A stretch of 32,000 bases of DNA from Candidatus Heimdallarchaeota archaeon (GTDB lineage Archaea > Asgardarchaeota > Heimdallarchaeia > JABLTI01). This document shows, in pieces, positions 19,933-28,555 of the stretch. The notes under the pieces are model-generated. The model made no database searches, was not told the origin of the DNA, and was given only the letters and a program-made list of their open reading frames with translations. The stretch covers positions 4,025-36,024 of the forward strand of contig JAUWKS010000032.1 in NCBI GenBank assembly GCA_030614005.1, in the 5' to 3' direction. The position numbers were made by a program, and so were the translations under genes. The stretch's first letter is position 1; each line of letters opens with the position of its first letter.

Positions 19933-20049
19933 GAATGCAACAAATGCTTGAATTTATTCCATAAAAAACTTTTAGAAGAATGGTTGGAAAAAAACGACTC
20001 TTGTCCAGTGTGCAGCGAGGATATAGTGGAAACAATAGCAGTCGTGTAA
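19933..20049 (+). pseudogene. RING-finger 3' remnant
   Basis: ECNKCLNLFHKKLLEEWLEKNDSCPVCSEDIV aligns with the RING of 15601-16251; in-frame TAA at 19930 and no start. Confidence 0.65.
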
Positions 20050-20252
20050 GACAGACTCATTAGCATATACATTTGCAAGATATGATGCAATTAATGCACA
20101 CTCAGACCAAAATCCAATGAAAGACGACCAATGCTCATATACTTGGTTCCAATATTGGTAAGGGAATCACATACAAAAAAACAAAGGGAAGAATTTTTCT
20201 TCTCTCTTTTTTTTCACGAAATTTTTCGAAAGTGTTAATTAATTTAGCAGAA

Positions 20253-20522
20253 CTATTTTTCAACTTTAAGACCAAAACTAGTACGATCAACAGAAGGCTC
20301 TTCTTGCTCCTTTGCAAAATTCCAAATAATGGATGTGGTGTCTTCGTAATAGATGCCATAAATAGTCCGTTCGGAACCATCGGAAAAAACTGCTACTCCT
20401 TCAAAAACTCGAGCGGTAACAAAGCCATTCTCATCAATACGATACCCTAAAAGCTTCTGGGAGTCAAAACGAGTTACTGGTATTTCACTATCAAAAGTCA
20501 AGATTGAGTTCACTCCAAACAA
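20253..20522 (-). CDS. Small hypothetical protein, tandem paralog 1
   Basis: Shares MFG..ILT...VTRF.SQ.LLGY.ID..G.VTA..F.G.AVFSDGSER.IYGI with 20761-21018. Confidence 0.7.
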   Translation of the reverse strand: MFGVNSILTFDSEIPVTRFDSQKLLGYRIDENGFVTARVFEGVAVFSDGSERTIYGIYYEDTTSIIWNFAKEQEEPSVDRTSFGLKVEK

Positions 20523-20760
20523 ATATAGTATTTCATTGCTACTTTATTTACATTACTATTAAAGAGCGGTTTTCTAAAGAGAAAACTTTGAAAGAATAAT
20601 TGACAGGAAAAAAATGACGTATACCCAACGCGAAAGGGGAAAAGTGTAGAGTCATTAGCAGACGAAGAATCAAAGAAAAAATGACAATCCTAATAAAAAG
20701 AAAAAATTATTTAACCCAGAAAGAAACTCTGGAGTAAATAATACGAAATTATTTTTGAAC

Positions 20761-21018
20761 CTAAAATCCAAAACAATCTCGATCGATATGTGGTTGTTCT
20801 TGTCCTTCTGAATGATCCCAAGTAATAGAGGGGGCACCCTCATTTTGGATGCCATAAATTTTTCGTTCGGAACCATCGGAAAAAACAGCTGCGCCTACAA
20901 AAATTTTAGCGGTGACAGCTCCACTGGCATCAATAGTATAGCCTAAAAGCTGTTGGGATTCAAAGCGAGTTACAGTTAAATTAGTATCGGGTGTCAATAT
21001 GTTAGGAGCTCCAAACAA
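20761..21018 (-). CDS. Small hypothetical protein, tandem paralog 2
   Basis: Colinear paralog of 20253-20522; conservation at protein level supports coding. Confidence 0.7.
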   Translation of the reverse strand: MFGAPNILTPDTNLTVTRFESQQLLGYTIDASGAVTAKIFVGAAVFSDGSERKIYGIQNEGAPSITWDHSEGQEQPHIDRDCFGF

Positions 21019-21723
21019 ATGTTATGAAACAGCGACATAAATAACAATATATATTTTTTCATTGTGGCAGTTAATGCATTACTTCTAAAGATTGAATACC
21101 TGACTTAGATAATGTTGAAAGAATGATCGGTAACTGTCTGATAAGAATGGAGCGAATCAGCAAGCACTGTTTTTTATTAAATTATAGCGAGAAACACTCG
21201 AGAGTATCAATAAGTGAAAAAATTAAAACAGAGAAAGAAAGCAATTAACAGTTAACAGTTAAAAGACAGATAACAAACACAAAGAAATTAACACCTCTGA
21301 GTGCCAAAAAAAGTTAAATAGAAAAAAGAGTACTATTAACTTTACCGAGGAATTTTGTGTCGAGTGAAAAGAGATATTCTATCCTAGTAGCAAGATTTAA
21401 AACAGTCGGGCAAAACAACAAACCGCTCTGATAGAGCAGAACACTGAACAAAAAACAATACGAATGGGAATACAAATCCTATCGGTATGTTTTTATAATG
21501 AAAAATTCAGTGAACAAAACCGCGAACAATCGCACAACAACAGCAATTGTTGAGCGAAAAGACGCAAAATTACGATAATTGATTAAATTATTGATGCGCT
21601 TGGCGAGACAGTGAAGCTCGCTGAGTAAGAGGTAAAAAATGTGACCACCTGGCGCATCGGTATGGGAATAATGATCAAACATTTCTCTCAAACCGAACGC
21701 TAATTAAGACGTCTGTTTTTACC

Positions 21724-21763
21724 GTAGAAGGCCTCACTTCTTCAAGTGAAATCTAGATCTCCA
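21724..21763 (+). other. 5' arm of pre-23S processing stem
   Basis: GTAGAA-GGCCTC-CTTCTTC-AAG..TCTAGA-TCTCCAT is complementary to 25033-25078. Confidence 0.75.
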
Positions 21764-23786
21764 TAGTAGGTTCCGACACGCAAACGCCATCTGGGGGATG
21801 GATTGGCTCGGACGCCGATGAAGGACGTGGCTAGCTGCGATAAGCGCGGGGTAGCTGCAGGCAGGCATAGAACCCGTGATTTCCTAATGGGAACTCCTAA
21901 TGCGAACCAATAAGTCGCATTACTCCGTAAGGAGGGGGAACGCACCGGACGGAAACATCCAAGTAGGTGCAGGAAAAGAAATCAACTGAGATGCCCAGAA
22001 GTAACGGCGAGTGAAATGGGCATAGGCCAAACTGAATCCCCATACGCAAGTATTGGGAAATGTAGTGTTACGGACTCTCTATTGAGCTCTGCGATGCGAA
22101 GCTGAATATTCTGGAAAGCTTAACTAAAGAGGGTGATAGTCCCGTAAGCGTAAACATCCCTGAGTGTGAGAGTATCCTGAATAGCGGGGGTTGGAAATCC
22201 CTCGTGAATGGGGCACAACGAGCTCCAAGCCTAAATACGTTCCGAGACCGATAGCGCAATAGTAACGTGAGTGAAAGCTGAAAAGTAACCCGGAAGGGTA
22301 GTGAAAAGTGCCTGAAACCAGATGGTTATAGACGTTTGTGGCCCGAAAGGTAAGATCCTCCATGAAGAGAAAGCTGGTGACAGCTAGATCGTTTGGAGGG
22401 GACCGGGGTCACAAGTTCCGTCTAGAAACACGGACCAGGGAGGTCATACTTGTGGCAAGCTTAAGTGATGTCAAAAACACGCAAGCGTAGCGAAAGCGAC
22501 ATGCCCGCAGTTTACAAGGGGCGCCGTCTGAAAGGGCGGGAAGTCACAGGTGTGAGACCCGAAACCGGACGATCTACCCCTGAGCAGGCTGAAGCCTAGG
22601 GAAACCTGGGTGGAGGGCCGAGCAAGTATTGACGTGCAATTCATGTTTGTTGACTTGGGGGTAGGGGCAAAAGACCAATCTAGTCCGGTGATAGCTGGTT
22701 CCCAACGAAGTGGACATAGGCCAGCCTGCTCTGAGATGGAGCATTCGGTAGAGCAATGATTGATGGTTACGGGAAGTAAAATTCTCGCCTGTCAGTCAAA
22801 CTACGAACGGATGTTTATCGTAGAAGAGTAGAGTCGGGCGTGCGTGCGTAAGGCACGTGGCCGAAAGGGGAATAACCCAGACTATGGTTAAGGTCCCTAA
22901 ATCTCGATTAAATGCTAAAATTGGAAGGACGTCATTGGACTAAGACAGTAAGGCGGTAGGCTTAGAAACAGCCACCCGCTAAGAAAAACGTAACAGTTTA
23001 CTTACCGAGTCCTTTGGCTCCGAGAATGGACGGGGCTAAATCGAGTACCGATACCTTAGAATACATTGAAAGATGTAATTTGATAGTTGGGCGATCTGGT
23101 TGGGCGGAAGCAGGGCAGTGATGTCCTGTGGACCGATCAGATTTGCAGATCCTGGCGGTAGTAACAGCAAAGAGAGGTGAGAATCCTCTCCGCCGAAAGG
23201 GCAAGGTTTTCACGGCAACGTTCGTCAGCCGTGAGTTAGTCGATCCTAAGGGCGCTCTTATCTGCGGCGCTCGAAAGGGAAACAGGTTTAAATTCCTGTA
23301 CTGCGTGGATACGTCAGAAGCGGCAACGCGAAGATCATTTTCTGACGCGACTGGATAAGCTCTGTAAAGTTATCGCTTTATTTAACTATATAACCCTCAG
23401 AAGTACCGTGACGGTGAGAATGAGGTGAAATTAGGAATAGGCTGCCAATAGTGGCGGCTCGAGCTTTTTCCACTCGCCCATGAAAAGGAAAATGATAAGG
23501 ATTCCACGTAATCGTACCCAGAACTGACACAGGTGTCCCAAGGTGAGAAGCCTAAGGCGTGTTCGATCAACGATGGTGAGGGAAATCGGCAAATTCGCCC
23601 CGTAACTTCGGGATAAGGGATGCCTGTGGGCTTGAAAGGGCTCGCAGGTCGCAGTGACAAGGAAGGAACAACTGTTCAATTCAAACATAGCAAACCGCAA
23701 GGGTGAAAACCTGTGAACGGTTTGTGAATCCTGCTCAATGCTGGTATGTGAAAGCCGGGTCCAACCGGTCCAAGCACCAGTCAATA

Positions 23787-23826
<40 letters not shown>

Positions 23827-24353
23827 TGTCGGATAAGTACCGACGTGCATGAACGGATCAATGATTCCTTCGCTGTCCCCACCGTCGATCGAGTGAACCC
23901 ACTAGCCAGCGAACAGTCTGGCACCAACCAGCGGGAAGAGAAGACCCCGTGGAGTTTTACTGCAGCCTGTGCCTGTTTTACGGGTAGTTATACATAGTGT
24001 AGTCAGGAGCGTCGAACCAAATTCTCAGGGATTTGGGAATGCAACAATGAAACACTGACTTTAACGGCTTGTTTGACTAACTTCTACTTCTGTAGAAGGA
24101 CAAGTATTGGTGGGCAGTTTAGCTGGGGCGGCTGCGCTTGAAAAGGTATCGAGCGTGTCCAAAGGTTAGCTCAGAAGGGACGGAAACCCTTCGTAGAGTA
24201 TAAGAATAAAAGCTAGCTTGACAGGGTTCTTTCCCATAGGGAACTCTGCAACGAAAGTTTGGTCTAGCGATCTGTCGATGGATCTCGTTGATTCACGGCA
24301 GCGGCAGAAAAATTACCCCGGGGGTAACAGAGTCGTCGCAGGCGAGAGCTCAC

Positions 24354-24422
24354 ACTCTCCAGACAAAAAGTTACCTCGATATATAAAGAAAGATCTAGGT
24401 TTACGTTCTGGAGGAGGAGTAT
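24354..24422 (+). other. 69-nt BHB-type intron in 23S helix 89 loop
   Basis: GCTC/GAGT central helix, ACA and ATA bulges; excision gives the consensus GAGCUCAC|AUCGAC. Confidence 0.88.
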
Positions 24423-24510
24423 ATCGACCCTGCGGCTTGCTACCTCGATGTCGGCTCTTCCTCTCCTGGCGCCGCACAAGACGCCAAGGGTAGGGTTGTA
24501 CGCCCATTAA

Positions 24511-24553
<43 letters not shown>

Positions 24554-24604
24554 ATTCTTTCTACTGGTTGTGCTGGGAAATTGAGGGTAGGGCAGGGTCG
24601 GTAC

Positions 24605-24665
24605 ATTGTATGAGATGTACAGATTCAAACTACATGATTAGTTTAGTAATCTCTTATAAGCCAAA
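24605..24665 (+). other. 61-nt BHB-like intron in the sarcin-ricin loop (helix 95)
   Basis: Excision gives GUAC|GAGAGGAC; intron stem TTGTATGAGAT/ATCTCTTATAA; relaxed BHB. Confidence 0.85.
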
Positions 24666-24792
24666 GAGAGGACCCCCCCGTCGGCGCCTCTAGTCTACCG
24701 GTTATCTGACAAGGTAACGCCGGGCAGCCACGCGCCAAGCGATAATAGCTGAAAGCATCTAAGCTAGAAACGCGTCCTGAAACGAATTTCCC

Positions 24793-24923
24793 ATTCTAAC
24801 GAAGTTTCGACAATGATTGACTCTTACAAGCTGTTTAGAGTTGTGTTACAATTATGAAAAATTATTTTTTTAGTTGGTCGTTTCGAGCATGGGAATGGCG
24901 ACATTAACATGTTTTCGTTGGAC
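24793..24923 (+). other. Supersized expansion segment ES39 (helix 98 position)
   Basis: 131 nt between AATTTCCC and GAAGG; basal stem 24795-24804/24913-24922, long stem 24807-24821/24873-24886, GCGA tetraloop hairpin 24894-24905. Confidence 0.8.
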
Positions 24924-25003
24924 GAAGGTTCCGATACAAGATCGGTTTGAAAGGAGTGCGGTGTACGCGTCGAGTCTTCGGGCGAGATGCTCAGCCGGCA
25001 CTT

Positions 25004-25065
25004 ACTTACCACCTAAGCGTGTCATTACCGAAATGGACTTCTAGACCTTAAAGAAGAAGCGAGGG
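25004..25065 (+). repeat. Direct repeat copy 1 (23S 3' end + processing-stem arm; attL-like)
   Basis: 25020-25058 is identical to 29684-29722 (39 bp), with imperfect extension on both sides. Confidence 0.9.
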
Positions 25066-25094
25066 CCGTAGATTCTACAAAATAATTATCAGTT

Positions 25095-25140
25095 ATTTTT
25101 TCTTTTCTTTTATCCCCTACAGTCTCAGGTGAGACTAGGG
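25095..25140 (+). terminator. T-tract and hairpin after pre-23S
   Basis: TTTTTTTCTTTTCTTTT followed by the CCCT-AC-AGTCTC-AGGT-GAGACT-AGGG hairpin. Confidence 0.45.
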
Positions 25141-25634
25141 TTACTGATTGAAAAATGGATCTACTTTATTTATTTAAAGTTAACTTGAAGAAGTAACCAT
25201 TTTTGATCGGATATTTTAAGTTATTCTAAGATTTATTTCTAGTATTAATTTTTTCTCAGTAAAATAGTTAAATTTTTGTTGAATTTATGTATAAGGTATT
25301 TGTTTAGAAATTGGAAAAAAATTAGAGGGATAGGATATTTTACTTGCTGAATTACTAAAAATGGAAAACAAGTAAATACCAGGTTATTCCAAGAAGATTC
25401 TGCTTAGAATATCTTTTTGGAATCTTTGGTTAATTTCTGTTTTAGTTTTTTCTTTGAACTTGAAGAGAAAGTGTGCACAAAAACCATCTATTATTATTTC
25501 CTCTTTCTTATTTATTCGAATATCCCGCAATATCTATAATTCTATTGAATAAATTTAAATCCTAAAGTATGTTTTTGTTTAAAAGAACTTTTAAATCCTA
25601 TAGAAGAGTATTAGATTTTGGTTTCACAAGATCA

Positions 25635-26801
25635 TTATTTTAAAATTTGATATAGTTTATTATATTTTTTAATTAGGTATTTATCATAAATTAATGAGTC
25701 TAAAGCTGTACTAGCTTTTTTACCCAAATGTATAAGTTCTATTTTTTTTATTTTTTTATTAATTATTTTTCTATTAATTAATTTTTTATTAATAATTGAA
25801 CCTAATTTTAAGTTATCAGTAATCTCTCTATAATTATTTTCATTTAAAAATTCAAAGAATCCTTTTACCAAATCCTTATTTTTAAAGAAATCGAGTATAA
25901 TCTTAAATTCGAGTAAAGGTTCATCTGATTTCTCTTCAACAAGTTTCTTACATAATTTTATCAAATTATGACTTTCATTACCAAAATTAAAGTCTATAAA
26001 TTTTCTATGCAACTTGCTTATTAAATGAAGATCGATGAGTTTAATATCTGAATAATCACTTTTTCGACCAATTAAATTTAAGATTTTCTTTATATCGGAT
26101 ATTTCTGAGATGAAGTTTTCGAAATCTACACTAAAATTTGATTTTGATTTATATTTATTTATGAAATTGTTTTTTTTCCATTTCTCTTGTACCAATTTAG
26201 TGATTTCTTCATTATTCAGGAATATAATTTCATCTATTGGTGTTCTAGTGTAGAAATGTGCTAATTTTCCAATGATTACTTGTCTTGCGGGTTCAATTAC
26301 TCTCGCCATCCAACAATTATTGAAGTTATTTTTCACAATTTTATATGGAATCGAAAATGGATTTTGAAAATCTATGTAAAAAGGACCTGCTGTTTTATTT
26401 TCACTAATTTTAATCTCAGGTAAATAGCAAATTCTAGTGGTATCTCTAATATTTTTCTTTGAAAATTCAACATAACTTGTATTTCTAGATTTTATAGGTT
26501 TTGTATGATATAATGGATAGAACACAAGATTATATTTTGGTCTTATTTCACAATCTTGACTTGCTAAAATTCCATAAGTTGGTTTAAGGAAAGTTTCAAT
26601 AAATATCGCTTCTCCTTCACCTATAACTCTAGATTGTAGTAACTCAGCTTCATTCTCTAAACTATCTCTACCAATTTTTGATTCAACCAAAATGTCATTT
26701 GTAATTATTGGTAAATTCCTAAATATATCTCCTTGTTTAAGTGAAGATTCATTTCTTTTCAATTTGTATTTATAAATTATATCTATCATTGAAATACACA
26801 T
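25635..26801 (-). CDS. Hypothetical protein with N-terminal PemK/MazF-like domain
   Basis: LKQGDIF...ILASQDCEI...LVFYP...CYLP...IDFQNPFSI...MARV...KLAHFYTR resembles the PemK-like pattern, followed by a long helical tail. Confidence 0.5.
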   Translation of the reverse strand: MCISMIDIIYKYKLKRNESSLKQGDIFRNLPIITNDILVESKIGRDSLENEAELLQSRVIGEGEAIFIETFLKPTYGILASQDCEIRPKYNLVFYPLYHTKPIKSRNTSYVEFSKKNIRDTTRICYLPEIKISENKTAGPFYIDFQNPFSIPYKIVKNNFNNCWMARVIEPARQVIIGKLAHFYTRTPIDEIIFLNNEEITKLVQEKWKKNNFINKYKSKSNFSVDFENFISEISDIKKILNLIGRKSDYSDIKLIDLHLISKLHRKFIDFNFGNESHNLIKLCKKLVEEKSDEPLLEFKIILDFFKNKDLVKGFFEFLNENNYREITDNLKLGSIINKKLINRKIINKKIKKIELIHLGKKASTALDSLIYDKYLIKKYNKLYQILK

Positions 26802-26811
26802 TTTCCTTTAA

Positions 26812-27168
26812 TCAACCAAAATTGGTATTTTTTGTAATGTTTGAAGCGAATAACACAAGCTTTCGTAATAAATATCTACACTCTTCAAATTCCTTTATTT
26901 TTGGAATTTCATCATAATACCCTTTCCAATAAACAACATCTAACCAATCATAGTAAAAAAAACCTTTAACAAAAGAGCTAAATAAATAATCATAAGTTAA
27001 ACAAGAAACTTGAAAAGGAAGGTTAATAGTTAAAAAATTCTCAGAATCGGTCATTTTGCTTTCAAGAGCGACTGCATTGAATCTTTCATAAAGTGTAGCC
27101 AAAGTTAATGGTGGATTTCTTATTTCACCTTTCATATCTAATATTTTCCTTATAAAGATAGAGAACAT
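26812..27168 (-). CDS. Hypothetical protein (possibly the 3' part of a frameshifted gene)
   Basis: Frame is open ~15 codons upstream of the ATG and overlaps the end of 27201-27383. Confidence 0.45.
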   Translation of the reverse strand: MFSIFIRKILDMKGEIRNPPLTLATLYERFNAVALESKMTDSENFLTINLPFQVSCLTYDYLFSSFVKGFFYYDWLDVVYWKGYYDEIPKIKEFEECRYLLRKLVLFASNITKNTNFG

Positions 27169-27200
27169 TTCAGGAATTATATATTGAGCTTCTTTCTGTT

Positions 27201-27383
27201 CTAATAGTATTCTCTAAATACGCTATCTAAGTACTGATTGAAAAACTTTGCAGTTTTTTCAACGTTGAAGTCTTTATTTTCCATACATTCTTTGGAATAT
27301 AATATCTTCACGAATTCACTAGTTTTTGTTTTAAATTCAAATATAATTTCATCTCTTGATTTAGAAGTAAAAATTTTTGACAT
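27201..27383 (-). CDS. Small hypothetical protein (possibly the 5' part of a frameshifted gene)
   Basis: 60 aa, operonic spacing after 27395-28129. Confidence 0.4.
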   Translation of the reverse strand: MSKIFTSKSRDEIIFEFKTKTSEFVKILYSKECMENKDFNVEKTAKFFNQYLDSVFREYY

Positions 27384-27394
27384 CTATATACCCA

Positions 27395-28129
27395 CTAAAA
27401 TTCCTCATCCAATAATCCTAATTCTTCTTTATAATCTTCTGTTAGGAATTCGATAAAATATGTTACAATCATATTATGCGCATTGTTTAGTTTCATTTCC
27501 AATTCATCTGAGTTTATGTTTATATCGAGATTTCCATTTATAAAAATACTTTCGATTTGAAATTTATAGAACTCATCTCGTTCGGGAAGAGATTTAAATC
27601 TTAGAATTATCTTTTGGTGGTCTTCCATGGATTCAAATGCTTTAATACCAAAAGTTATATCATTGTATTTTATATCCCAATTGTCTGGTGTTTCAATAGA
27701 TACAGTAAAGTATTTCTTAAAATTGAACCCTTCTTTTTGAATTGAAAATAAATCAACATAAATCAAATTAATTCCTGAAATAGCAGGAATTTTAATTATT
27801 TTATTTAAAATCCTTAGTGTTTTTAGTATCCTTTCTATTTCTCGTTGCCATACATCATAATTAGAAAATCCAAACACTAAGAAATCTTTGCCTAATTCAA
27901 ATCCATTTTTATTGTCCTTATCTAAGAATCGAATAGGTCCCAGTCCGAAATTTATCTCTCCCTGTCGTGGTACCAGCATAATTTTTGGACTATTTGGATA
28001 TATTTCCTTTAGTTTTTTTGATATTTCAGACAAATCGGTAATATTCAGATCTTCAATACTACCTGTTAAATTAATTTCAACCTTAAAGTAATTAAGTGTT
28101 TTATCAACAAAACGAACAATCCTTTTCAT
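27395..28129 (-). CDS. TIGR04255-like protein
   Basis: LKEIYP...RFLD...F.LG.D...Y..W...I..GINLIYVDLF...AH..I..YF..FLT pattern and ~240 aa length resemble this family. Confidence 0.55.
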   Translation of the reverse strand: MKRIVRFVDKTLNYFKVEINLTGSIEDLNITDLSEISKKLKEIYPNSPKIMLVPRQGEINFGLGPIRFLDKDNKNGFELGKDFLVFGFSNYDVWQREIERILKTLRILNKIIKIPAISGINLIYVDLFSIQKEGFNFKKYFTVSIETPDNWDIKYNDITFGIKAFESMEDHQKIILRFKSLPERDEFYKFQIESIFINGNLDININSDELEMKLNNAHNMIVTYFIEFLTEDYKEELGLLDEEF

Positions 28130-28555
28130 ATTAGATAAATCAAATACTTGAATATATTATTTTTTCTATAATATTTCTATTGAGGTTACAATAACCTTTT
28201 ATATATATTTCAAACAAATTCATAGTTATTTACGGAATTTACTAGCAAATTAATTAAATAAATGCTCTAATACAGCTTTTACTTGTTGTTAAAACATATC
28301 ATTACTAAACTGTACTTCTATACCTTTAAAGAAGTGGGTGTTGTGTTTCCTACATTTACTCCTGAATAATTAGCTTTCTCAATCCCTTTTTCAAATTCTT
28401 CTTCTAGATATTTCATAATTCTCTCTTTATATTTCACATCTATTCGTCTCCAAATATCTTTCTTCTTAATGAGTTTAGAATTTAATTTGAAGGTTTAAAA
28501 CCTCATCTAAAAAGTAGAATCGAATTATATTACTTTTCCTCATCAATTAGTTCTT

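Noticed and set aside
2854-21691. Short ORFs overlapping called genes on other frames or strands (e.g. 2854-3120, 6301-6836, 13723-14792, 15839-16424, 20135-20876, 21479-21691)
   Set aside because: Antisense or alternate-frame shadows of better-supported genes, with biased composition and no motifs.
24793-24923. Helix-98 insert as a third intron
   Set aside because: No BHB at its ends, it sits at a known variable position, and it folds like an expansion segment.
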